A stretch of DNA of 64,000 bases from Thermoanaerobaculia bacterium. Lineage in GTDB: Bacteria > Acidobacteriota > Thermoanaerobaculia > Multivoradales > SZUA-115. A program made the position numbers and the translations under genes. This document shows, in pieces, positions 28,549-37,181 of this stretch; within the stretch, counting starts at the first letter, position 1, and each line of letters begins with the position of its first letter. The DNA is taken from assembly GCA_044869805.1 (NCBI GenBank), contig JBIOXV010000157.1, positions 9,752 through 73,751 on the forward strand. The letters run 5' to 3'. The notes beneath the pieces are model-generated. The model had not been told where the DNA came from. It did no database searches and saw only the letters and a list, made by a program, of their open reading frames with translations.

Positions 28549-29652
28549 ATGAGCAACCACACACAGGCAGTTCTCGTCACCGGCGCCAGTGGGTTCATCG
28601 GCTATGCCGCTTGTGAGGCGCTGGCAGAGAATGGCTATCCGGTCGTCGGCCTGGACCGGCCCGGTATCCCGCATCCTCCGCCTCATGCCGAGAACGTCCC
28701 CTGCGACGTGACCGACGAGAGGAGTGTCCACGAGGCGATGACGCGCGTGCGGCAGCACTTCGGCGAGCACGTGGCCGCCGTGATTCACCTGGCCGCGTAC
28801 TACGACTTCTCCGGCGAGCCGAGCCCGCTGTACGACGAGGTCAACGTCCGGGGCACCGAACGGCTGCTGCGCTCGCTCGCGACCCTCCAGGTCGCGCAGT
28901 TTGTCTATGCCAGCACGATGCTCGTCCACGCACCCTGCGAGCGTGGGGAGCTGATCGACGAGGACTGGCCCGTCGAGCCCAAGTGGGACTACCCCAAGTC
29001 GAAGCTCGAGGCCGAGCGGGTGATCCTGGCGCAGCGCGGCGGGATTCCTGCGGTGCTACTGCGCATCGCCGGCGTCTACACCGACCGCTGCCAGTCCATT
29101 CCTCTGGCCCATCAGATCCAGCGCATCTACGAACGCCGGGCGACCGCCAGGGTCTTCCCCGGCGACACCTCGACCGGCCAATCTTTCCTCCATCTAGACG
29201 ATCTCGTGCAAGCCTTGCTGGCTACCGTCGCCCGCCGCGCCGAGCTGCCGCCCGAGTCGACGATCCTGTTGGGCGAGCCGGGAACGCTCTCCTACGACGA
29301 CCTGCAGCGCGAGCTGGCTTTGCTGATCCACGGCGATCCGGACTGGGACACGGCGCGCATCCCGAAGGCGGTGGCCAAGGCGGGCGCCTGGGTGCAGGAC
29401 CAGGTCCCCGGCATCGAGGAGCCGTTCATCAAGCCGTGGATGATCGATCTCGCGGACGACCACTACGCGCTGGACATCACCCGTGCCCGCCAGTCCTTGA
29501 GCTGGGAGCCGCGCCGGAACCTGCGCGCCACGCTCCCCGCGATGGTCGCGGCGCTCGAGGCCGGCCCGGAGAGCTGGTATCGGGAGAACAAGCTCGAAGG
29601 CGCGCCGGCTTCCGAGGAGCAGGCCGCGCCGGCGGGGCAGGCGACGGAGTGA
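28549..29652 (+). CDS. NAD-dependent epimerase/dehydratase (extended SDR)
   Basis: GGGAGGTGAG RBS. VLVTGASGFIGYA Rossmann motif. YPKSK catalytic YxxxK. Confidence 0.8.
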   Translation: MSNHTQAVLVTGASGFIGYAACEALAENGYPVVGLDRPGIPHPPPHAENVPCDVTDERSVHEAMTRVRQHFGEHVAAVIHLAAYYDFSGEPSPLYDEVNVRGTERLLRSLATLQVAQFVYASTMLVHAPCERGELIDEDWPVEPKWDYPKSKLEAERVILAQRGGIPAVLLRIAGVYTDRCQSIPLAHQIQRIYERRATARVFPGDTSTGQSFLHLDDLVQALLATVARRAELPPESTILLGEPGTLSYDDLQRELALLIHGDPDWDTARIPKAVAKAGAWVQDQVPGIEEPFIKPWMIDLADDHYALDITRARQSLSWEPRRNLRATLPAMVAALEAGPESWYRENKLEGAPASEEQAAPAGQATE

Positions 29653-29653
29653 G

Positions 29654-31018
29654 GTGCGAGTGCACGAGGAGAGCGAGCACGACCACCACGACCACTCCGC
29701 GATGCTGCGCCAGTGGATCTGGCGCGACTTCGTCAACGTAGTGCTCGGCTGCTGGCTCCTCAGCAGCCCGTCGACGCTCGGCTACGACGAGCCGGCGATG
29801 GCCGCGAGCGATCTCGCGAGCGGCGCCGTGATCGTCGTCCTCGGCCTGCTGTCTCTCTTCCCTCGCTTCGACCTCGTGCGCTGGGGCCTGTGCTTCACCG
29901 GGATCTGGCTGCTCTTTGCCCCGCTGGTCTTCTGGAGCCGCGACGCCGGGGCCTTCGCCAACGACACGCTGGTGGGCGCGCTGGTGATCGCCTTCTCGGT
30001 GCTGGTGCCGATGATGCCCAGCCGGGCGCATCACCAGGTGATGATGCAGCCCGGCCCGGACACGCCGCCGGGCTGGTCGTACAACCCCTCCGACTGGGTC
30101 CAGCGCGGCCCGATCATCGCCATGGCCTTCGTCGGGTTCTTCCTCTCCCGCTACCTGGCCGCCTACCAGCTCGGCCACACGGACTATCCGTGGGACCCCT
30201 TCTTCGGCGACGGCACGCGGCGAGTGCTCGATTCGGACATCTCCAAGGCGTGGCCGGTCTCCGACGCCGGCCTCGGCGCGGTCTCCTACCTGATCGAGGC
30301 GCTTTCCGGCTTCATGGGCGGCCGCAACCGCTGGCGGACCATGCCGTGGATGGTGCTGATGTTCGGCATCCTGGTGGTGCCGCTGGGCATCGTCAGCATC
30401 GTGCTGGTGATGTTGCAGCCGGTGGCGGTCGGCGCCTGGTGCACGCTCTGCCTGGTGACCGCCGCCGCCATGCTGGTGATGATCTCCCCGGCGCTCGACG
30501 AGGTGGTGGCCATGGGCCAGTTCCTCGCCGGCGCGAGGCGGGAGGGCAAGCCGCTGTGGAGGGCCTTCTGGGTCGGCGGCACCCTCGAGAGCTATCGCCA
30601 CGCCGCTGCCACGCCCGCGGGTGAGCCGCAGCGCGGATCGCTCGCCGCGCGTCTCGTTGCCGCCATGGACCTCGAGCGGGTCCCCTGGAATCTGCTGCTC
30701 TCCGCCGCCGTGGGAGTCTGGCTGATGTCGGCCCCGGCCGTGCTGCGCACCACCGCCACGGCCGCGGCCAGCGATCAGGTGGTGGGCGCCCTGGTGGTGA
30801 CCTGGAGCGTGATCGCCTTCGGCGAGGTAGCCAGGCCCGCCCGCTTCCTCAACCTGTTGATGGGTCTCTGGCTGGTGGCCGCGCCCTGGCTGCTCTCGGG
30901 AGCCGCCGGCGCCTCGCGGTGGAACGACCTCGCGGCCGGGGCGCTGCTGATCGCTCTCAGCTTCCGCCGGGGCCGCATCGAGCAGCGCTTCGGGAGCTGG
31001 AACCGCTACCTGGTCTGA
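29654..31018 (+). CDS. membrane protein: SPW-repeat segments flanking a VKOR-like domain
   Basis: GTG starts 2 nt after the epimerase stop. Multiple TM helices. WLLSSPSTLGY and LWLVAAPWLLSG are SPW-like. Central block PWDPFFGDGT..VLDS...WCTLCL carries a CxxC. Confidence 0.55.
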   Translation: MRVHEESEHDHHDHSAMLRQWIWRDFVNVVLGCWLLSSPSTLGYDEPAMAASDLASGAVIVVLGLLSLFPRFDLVRWGLCFTGIWLLFAPLVFWSRDAGAFANDTLVGALVIAFSVLVPMMPSRAHHQVMMQPGPDTPPGWSYNPSDWVQRGPIIAMAFVGFFLSRYLAAYQLGHTDYPWDPFFGDGTRRVLDSDISKAWPVSDAGLGAVSYLIEALSGFMGGRNRWRTMPWMVLMFGILVVPLGIVSIVLVMLQPVAVGAWCTLCLVTAAAMLVMISPALDEVVAMGQFLAGARREGKPLWRAFWVGGTLESYRHAAATPAGEPQRGSLAARLVAAMDLERVPWNLLLSAAVGVWLMSAPAVLRTTATAAASDQVVGALVVTWSVIAFGEVARPARFLNLLMGLWLVAAPWLLSGAAGASRWNDLAAGALLIALSFRRGRIEQRFGSWNRYLV

Positions 31019-31045
31019 CCCGTCGGGCCAGGCACTCGGCGCCCT

Positions 31046-31969
31046 CTACCGCTGCACCACGTCGGCCACCACCCCCAGGTGGTCCGACAGCCGCGCCGGC
31101 ACGGTGCGATAGGAGGAGAAGGCCAGCTCGCGCGAGATCAGGATCCAGTCCAGGCGGCGGCGCGGCCGGCGGGAGGGGTAGGTGGGCACCCGCGCCTCGG
31201 GCTCGAACGCCTTCAAACCCAGGGTTTCGGTCAGCAGGCGCATGGTCCCCGGCTCGCGCTGCCAGCAGCAGTTGAGATCGCCGAGCAGCACCAGCGGCCG
31301 CTCGCGGCCCATCAATACCTCGGTCAGGTGCCGGATGTGCTTGCGGCGCATCGCAGGGGTCAGGAAGTCGAGGTGCACGGAGGCGATATCGATCTCCTGC
31401 CCTTCCCAGGCCGGCACGCCGACCCTGGCGACCACGAAACCCTTGGTGTCGCGCCAGCTCGCCTCGAAGCGGTGCGAGCCGGGGTCGACCAGCGGCACCC
31501 GCGACAGGAGCGCGGTGCCCGAGGCCAGCTTCAGCCGGCCGAAGCGGAAGGGGTTGTGATCGCCGCGGAAGTACTCGTCCATCTCGGTCATCCGCGCCAG
31601 CGTCGCCACGTGGTCGAAGTTGCCGCTCCAGGCCGAGGGCCCGTCGGCCTCCTGCAGCGCCACCACGTCGGGCGAGAGGCGGCGGACGGTGGAGGCGATG
31701 TCGGTGAGGTTGCGCTCCAGCGAGCCGTTCGAGACCAGCGCCTGGTGAGCGCGGATCGAGCGGCCGTGGGCCACGTTCAGGGTCAGCAGCCGCAGCCGAT
31801 CGACGGCGGCGCCGTTGACCAACGGGCTGATGGCCAGCGGTTTGTTCGCCGGGGGATTGGGGGCCGGGGGCTCGGCGGCCGGCGCCACGGCGTTCCAGGC
31901 GACCTCGTGCCCGGCCCGGCTCTGGATGGTCGTGGGGAGCAGAGCGCGAACGCGCCGCTTGAGGCGCAC
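31046..31969 (-). CDS. endonuclease/exonuclease/phosphatase (EEP) family protein
   Basis: LLTLNVAHG, VVALQEAD, IASVHLD and SDHLGVVADV. The start is uncertain: GTG 31969 is chosen, and ATG 32155 or 32314 are possible but encode low-complexity sequence. Confidence 0.65.
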   Translation of the reverse strand: MRLKRRVRALLPTTIQSRAGHEVAWNAVAPAAEPPAPNPPANKPLAISPLVNGAAVDRLRLLTLNVAHGRSIRAHQALVSNGSLERNLTDIASTVRRLSPDVVALQEADGPSAWSGNFDHVATLARMTEMDEYFRGDHNPFRFGRLKLASGTALLSRVPLVDPGSHRFEASWRDTKGFVVARVGVPAWEGQEIDIASVHLDFLTPAMRRKHIRHLTEVLMGRERPLVLLGDLNCCWQREPGTMRLLTETLGLKAFEPEARVPTYPSRRPRRRLDWILISRELAFSSYRTVPARLSDHLGVVADVVQR

Positions 31970-32177
31970 CCCACGCGAATCTTCTCGTCGCACCGTCCTA
32001 GGAAACGCGCCCCGGCGGCGGAAAATTCTCTGCCGGCGCGGCGGTCTTGCGCGCCAGGACGTCGCGGATCTCGTTCGCGAGCTGCTCGGCGGAGATGGGC
32101 CCGACGACTCGCCCTCGGCGCTGGCCCCTGGGCGGATGAGGCCCGGGAAAGTCATGGGCTGTTCATGTGCTACACCC

Positions 32178-32340
32178 AGTGGCCTGTACCGGCCAAGTCG
32201 ATAGCGCCTGGGCGGCCCTCGACGGCCCTGGCGGTGTGCGCCTCCTCGACATAGCCCCGGCTGTGCCTTCGTCGGCGGGCCTTGCCAGGACCGCCGACTG
32301 GCTCGCCCATCCACTACCGACTTGACCGGTACAGGTCACT
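32178..32340. repeat. 163-bp element bounded by 29-nt imperfect inverted repeats (MITE-like or large stem-loop)
   Basis: 32178-32206 (AGTGGCCTGTACCGGCCAAGTCGATAGCG) versus the reverse complement of 32312-32340 (AGTGACCTGTACCGGTCAAGTCGGTAGTG). 25 of 29 positions are identical and all 4 mismatches are transitions. The loop is 105 nt. Confidence 0.5.
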
Positions 32341-32351
32341 AGAATGCCGGC

Positions 32352-34268
32352 ATGGACTGGCGTGCCGTGCCGCGGCTCCTGGTGTTGCTCGGTCTGGCGA
32401 CGGCCGCCTACTTGGGTCTCCGTGGAGTCGCCGGCACGGAGGCCAGGGAGGCCCAGAGCGCCGCCGAGGCACCGCGCACGGGAGACTCGGCGGGAGTCAT
32501 CGGCGTCAGACTGGAGCCGGCGGAACAGCGCGAGCTGTTGCGCGCAGCCCGTGCGCTGCTCGACGGTACGAAAGGCGTCGCCAGCACCAGCCCGCGCCTG
32601 CCTCGGCTCGCGGCCGACGGAGGCCCTGCCGGCGAGCGGCTGCTGGCGCTCAGCCTGTCGCGGCCCGCGGCGCCGGCGCTGGTCGCCTTCGGGCGTGGGC
32701 CAGACCTGGGCACGGCGCTCGGCGCGGCGGCGGCGAGCCTCGCCGCCCGCAGCGATGCGGCCCTGCGGTCGTCGGGCCGGCTCAAGCTCGATGTGCTGGC
32801 GCGGCTCGATCCCGCGCGCGGCTTCGACTCCGGAGGGCGGGCCGAGATCGAGCTCGGCCTGGACGGCCTGCTGCTACCAGGGACCTCCCCGGGGACTGAT
32901 CTCTGGCTGCTCCCCGAGGAGATCACCAGCCCTCGCCTGCTGCTGCCGGACGGCGATCTGCAGAGCGGGAGGCTGCGCCGCTACCTGGAAGGCGACCCGC
33001 GGGCCTCGGCCAACCCGCAGCTCAACCCAGGCCGTGCCGGCTTGCCGTATGCCACTGCCCGCTTCACCTCGCTCGCCGAGGGGGAAGGGGAGCAGGCGGT
33101 CGCCCTCTACCGCGGCAACGCCCTGGCGCCCGAGGTGAGCCCCGAGGCCCTGCTCGCCGCGGCCCGCGCCGGGGGCGAGTATCTGCTGCGCCACCAGCGC
33201 CCCGACGGCTCGTTCGGCTACAGCTACGAGCCGTGGGACGACGAGTACGCGCGGTCCGACAACCTGCTGCGCCAGGCCGGCACCTGCTACTCGCTCTTCG
33301 AGCTCCATGCCGCGACCCGCGACCGGCGCTTCCTCGCGGCGGGGGAGAAGGGAGTGGCCTGGCTGCTGGGATTCCGGCGCGGGCCGCGGCCCGAGGAAGC
33401 AAGCGCCAGGGGAGCGGACTTCGACTCCCTGGTCTCGCCGGGAGAGGAAGCCAAGCTCGGCGGCGCGGCGCTCCTCATGCTCGCCATGCTGGAGCGGATC
33501 GAAGTCACGGGCGACCACGCCTGGCTGCCGCAGGTCCAGAGCCTGGGGCGCTTCCTCCTCTTCCAGCAGGACGCCGACGGCCACTTCCGTTCCAAGTACT
33601 TCTACGGCGCGGCCGACCCGGAGCCCTTCGAGTCCGTCTACTACCCCGGCGAAGCCATCCTCGCGCTCACCCGGCTCCACGCCGTGGACCTGGGCGGCCC
33701 CTGGCTCGCCGCGGCGCGCCGCGCCGCCGACTGGCTGATTCTGGTGCGCGACCGCGGCAGGCCGGTGACCGCGTTGCCGCACGACCACTGGCTGCTGATC
33801 GGCTTGAACGAGCTCCACCCGCGGGCCCTGGAGGTCCACTACCTGGAGCACGCGCGGCGCATCGGCGAGGCGATCCTCGGCGGCGAGCTCCGGCAGTCGC
33901 CGTACCCGGACTGGATCGGCAGCTTCTACGACCCGCCCCGCTCGACGCCGGCCGCCACCCGCTCCGAGGGCCTCGTGGCCCTGCACCACCTGGCAGCCAG
34001 GAACGGCCTCGACCCGAGGCCGTACCGCGAGGCCCTGCTGCGCATGGCGGCCTTCCAGCGCCGCTGCCAGATCGCGCCGGAGAGCGCCTTCTACCTGCCG
34101 CGCCCCGACCGCGCCCTGGGCGGCTTCCGCCGCGGCCTGACCGACTGGGAGGTGCGCATCGACTACGTGCAGCACAACCTGTCGGCGTTCCTGGGGCTGC
34201 GAGACATCCTGCAGACGTGCTCCACCTCCTCAACCGCGCCCCCGCCGGCGCGAGGCGACGCACCGTGA
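32352..34268 (+). CDS. membrane-anchored hypothetical protein with prenyltransferase/squalene-cyclase-type alpha/alpha-toroid repeats
   Basis: N-terminal anchor VPRLLVLLGLATAAYLGL. Repeats LLRHQRPDGSFGYSY and LLFQQDADGHFRSKY resemble QxxDGxF/W motifs. Confidence 0.5.
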   Translation: MDWRAVPRLLVLLGLATAAYLGLRGVAGTEAREAQSAAEAPRTGDSAGVIGVRLEPAEQRELLRAARALLDGTKGVASTSPRLPRLAADGGPAGERLLALSLSRPAAPALVAFGRGPDLGTALGAAAASLAARSDAALRSSGRLKLDVLARLDPARGFDSGGRAEIELGLDGLLLPGTSPGTDLWLLPEEITSPRLLLPDGDLQSGRLRRYLEGDPRASANPQLNPGRAGLPYATARFTSLAEGEGEQAVALYRGNALAPEVSPEALLAAARAGGEYLLRHQRPDGSFGYSYEPWDDEYARSDNLLRQAGTCYSLFELHAATRDRRFLAAGEKGVAWLLGFRRGPRPEEASARGADFDSLVSPGEEAKLGGAALLMLAMLERIEVTGDHAWLPQVQSLGRFLLFQQDADGHFRSKYFYGAADPEPFESVYYPGEAILALTRLHAVDLGGPWLAAARRAADWLILVRDRGRPVTALPHDHWLLIGLNELHPRALEVHYLEHARRIGEAILGGELRQSPYPDWIGSFYDPPRSTPAATRSEGLVALHHLAARNGLDPRPYREALLRMAAFQRRCQIAPESAFYLPRPDRALGGFRRGLTDWEVRIDYVQHNLSAFLGLRDILQTCSTSSTAPPPARGDAP

Positions 34269-34855
34269 ACCAGCTTTCCCGCCGATCCGCGCTCGCTGTC
34301 CTCGCCTTGCTCCTCGGGCTTGGGGCGATGTACCCGCCAGCCGTCGCCGGCCAGGAAGCGGGCCCCAACGCGGCCCGCAACTACTTCACCGATGTCGTCC
34401 TGGTCGACCAGGACGGCCGCGAGCTGCGCTTCTACAGCGACCTGCTGCAAGGCAAGGTGGTGGTGATCAGCTCCTTCTTCGCCACCTGCACCGGCGCCTG
34501 CCCGGTGACCGCCAGGAACATGCAGCAGATCCAGCAGTGGCTGGGCGACCGCCTGGGCAAGGACGTGGTGATGCTGTCGATCACCGTCGACCCGGCCACC
34601 GACACGCCGCCACGCCTGAAGGAGATGGCGGGCGAGCTCGGTGCCCGGCCGGGCTGGTACTTCCTCACCGGCACCCGCGCCAACGTGGACCTCGCGCTCG
34701 GCAAGCTGGGCTCGGCGGTCCAGCAGCCCAAGGACCACAACAACCTGATCTTCGTCGGCAACGAGCCCACCGGCCTGTGGAAGAAGGCCTTCGGCCTGGC
34801 GGCGAGCGAGGAGCTGATCCCGATCGTGGAGTCGGTGCTGGAGGACCAGGGCTAG
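34265..34855 (+). CDS. SCO1/SenC-family thioredoxin-fold copper chaperone
   Basis: GTG 34265 overlaps the upstream stop (GTGA). Signal/anchor sequence. CxxxC (FATCTGACP) and a downstream DHNNLIF His block. Confidence 0.75.
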   Translation: MNQLSRRSALAVLALLLGLGAMYPPAVAGQEAGPNAARNYFTDVVLVDQDGRELRFYSDLLQGKVVVISSFFATCTGACPVTARNMQQIQQWLGDRLGKDVVMLSITVDPATDTPPRLKEMAGELGARPGWYFLTGTRANVDLALGKLGSAVQQPKDHNNLIFVGNEPTGLWKKAFGLAASEELIPIVESVLEDQG

Positions 34856-34883
34856 CCGGGCGGCTTCGCTGTTGGTAGGCGCT

Positions 34884-37166
34884 CTACGGCACGCGATAGA
34901 GCACCAGGAGCCGCGGCCGGTTGGCGGCATTCGCGGCCCGGCCGGAGTAGAGGCCGAGGTAGTCGCGGAAACCGTCGTCGTCGTCCTCGACCGCGAAGCG
35001 CAGCCGGAACTGGGTGTAGCCGAAGCGGTTGACCCACGCCGCGGTGAGGACCGGCAGCCCGCCGGCCCGCCAGTGGACCGGCCCGGGTACCCGCGGCAGC
35101 CCCAAGGCCGCGACGAAATGGCTTCCCGTCCAGTCGTCGAGCGCGAGCTCGGGGCTGGCGCCGAAGAAGCCGGAGCTCATGTCGGCGACCACCGCGCCGT
35201 GGTTGAGCTCCGGGTTGCCGACCGTGATCCCCGCCCGCGCCTGGAGCCAGGCGGCCTGAATGACGGCATCGTCCGGCAGCGCGCGGGTGTCGAAGGAAAC
35301 CACGCCGCGGTACTGGCGGTCGAGCTCGTCGTCGCCGACCCGCAGCGCCGAGGAGCTCTGGGAGTCGGTGTGCGCCTCTCCCGCCTGTTTGCCGGCCTCG
35401 GAGGACTCGAGCAGCCAGCCGTCCTCGCGGGTCTGGTTTTTCTGCGAAGTAAAGGCCGCCACCTGCCAGCCCCGGCCCGCGGCCGGCCCGACGGCGTAGA
35501 CATCGGGGTTGTCGAAGGTGCCGTTGAATTCGTTGCGGTTGTCGGTGTAGGTCGCGAGCGCCCCCTGGACGCTCGCGTCCAACCCGTTGTAGTCCGCCCA
35601 CTCGTAGGGGTCGTCGTCGATCGCGGGCGAGGTCTGCTGCGTCAGGCGGGCCGGTGGCGCCCAAGTGCTGCCGCCGTCGAGGGACACGGTGTGGAAGAGG
35701 TCCACGCCCCGCCGATCGCTCGCCAGCCGGGTGTCGTAGAACACCAGGTGCACGGCGCCGTGCGGGTCCACCGAGAGCCAGGGGTGGAAGCGGTCGACCG
35801 TTTCCCAGTCGGCGGTCTCGTGAGGCGTGCGAAGGCTCCAGGTCGCGCCGCCGTCGCGCGAGAAGCTTACCTGGATTCGCCCGTGGTTCTGGCTCGGGCT
35901 GGCCCCTTCCGGGCCGGTGAGGTCCGTCCAGGCGGCGTAGACAGTGTTGGCGTAGGGGCCGTCCGTGAAGTCGGTGTCGGCGGTGACGTAGATGTATGCC
36001 TGGCGCTCATCGGCGGCCGGGATGGGGAAGTCGACACGGCCATAGGTGGGTCCGAGCTGGATCGCCGGGGCGAAGGTGGCGCCGCCGTCGGTCGACTTGC
36101 GGAAAACGATCCGGCGGTTCTCGAAGGCCGGCCAGAAGTAGAAGACGTTGCCGGCCTTGTCGGTGGTGATGTCGCTGCCGATGCCCAGCAGGCCGGTGCC
36201 GTAGGAGATGAACTGCAGCGGCCGCCAGGTGTTGCCGAAGTCGGTGGAGCGGGCGAGGAACATCACGTTCTGATCGTGCCAGGTCAGGTAGAGGGTGTCG
36301 CGGTACGGGGACGTGGACGACTTGTCCACGTGCAGGAAGGGCTTGTCCGCGGAGTTGAAGGTGATGATCTCGCGCCGAGGGTCCCCCGGAGTGAGGGTTT
36401 CGAGGTCTTGCCAGGTCAGCCCATAGTTGGCCGAGCGAAGGAACCAGGTCTCGCAGTGATCCGGATCCGGGCAAGCGAGCGCCGTGGCATAGGCCTTGGT
36501 GCCGTCCGCGGACCACTCCACCGAAGGATCGCAGCAGACACTGCCCGGGCCGAGGTCGTAGGTGGGGATCCAATTCTCGCCGCCGTCCGAGGTGGTGTAG
36601 AGCCAGAAGCCTCCGTGCTCGGGGTTCGAGGCGGCGATCGCCCGGAAGGGGTTGACCGGGTTGATTTCGATCGAGGACTCCCGGCCCGGGCTCTCCGGGC
36701 TGAGCCGGCGCTCGCCGCCAAGCACCTTCTCCCCGAAGGACGGCCCCTCGGCGGAGCTTTCCTCTTCGATCACCCGATAGACCTCCTGCTCGCGGATCGC
36801 CCGCCGGTAGTGCTTGCCGTCGATCAGGTAGCCGCCGTGGTGCTGGAAGAAGATGTTCAGGGCCTCGTGGTGGTACTGGGCGGGACCGCTCCGCCTCATG
36901 AACGGATTGCCTTTGCGTAGGGCGACGCGAAAGAAGGCGGGGATGGCTCCCCCCTGCTCCTTCTCGTCCGGGACCAGGAGCTCGAGGTCTTCGAGCGTGA
37001 GCTGATAGTTGCGGTCGTCCCAGGGACCGATCTCGGTGAGCGCCTCGTAGTCGACTCGAGAGTCGACGCCTTGCGCGGGGTCGATGGTGGCCGCTGCCGC
37101 GCTCTGCGCGAGCACCAGCGCGGCGAGGGCCAGGGCCAGGCAGAGCGGCGGTATGGTTCGTTTCAT
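34884..37166 (-). CDS. secreted BNR/Asp-box beta-propeller (sialidase-like) protein, paralog 3 of 3 in transcription order
   Basis: Signal peptide. Conserved N-domain (VDYEALTEIGPWDDRNY). Asp-boxes TSDGGENW, STDFGNTW, STDGGATF, SRDGGATW and SLDGGSTW. A C-terminal domain of about 200 aa ends in RPRLLVLYRVP. Confidence 0.8.
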   Translation of the reverse strand: MKRTIPPLCLALALAALVLAQSAAAATIDPAQGVDSRVDYEALTEIGPWDDRNYQLTLEDLELLVPDEKEQGGAIPAFFRVALRKGNPFMRRSGPAQYHHEALNIFFQHHGGYLIDGKHYRRAIREQEVYRVIEEESSAEGPSFGEKVLGGERRLSPESPGRESSIEINPVNPFRAIAASNPEHGGFWLYTTSDGGENWIPTYDLGPGSVCCDPSVEWSADGTKAYATALACPDPDHCETWFLRSANYGLTWQDLETLTPGDPRREIITFNSADKPFLHVDKSSTSPYRDTLYLTWHDQNVMFLARSTDFGNTWRPLQFISYGTGLLGIGSDITTDKAGNVFYFWPAFENRRIVFRKSTDGGATFAPAIQLGPTYGRVDFPIPAADERQAYIYVTADTDFTDGPYANTVYAAWTDLTGPEGASPSQNHGRIQVSFSRDGGATWSLRTPHETADWETVDRFHPWLSVDPHGAVHLVFYDTRLASDRRGVDLFHTVSLDGGSTWAPPARLTQQTSPAIDDDPYEWADYNGLDASVQGALATYTDNRNEFNGTFDNPDVYAVGPAAGRGWQVAAFTSQKNQTREDGWLLESSEAGKQAGEAHTDSQSSSALRVGDDELDRQYRGVVSFDTRALPDDAVIQAAWLQARAGITVGNPELNHGAVVADMSSGFFGASPELALDDWTGSHFVAALGLPRVPGPVHWRAGGLPVLTAAWVNRFGYTQFRLRFAVEDDDDGFRDYLGLYSGRAANAANRPRLLVLYRVP

Positions 37167-37181
37167 GGTCGAGGCTCCGCC

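Noticed and set aside
31970-32314. Longer N-terminus for the EEP gene (starts at 32155 or 32314).
   Set aside because: The extra residues are Arg/Pro/Ser-rich with no hydrophobic signal. The extension would run through the inverted-repeat element. It is kept as an alternative only, and the start remains uncertain.
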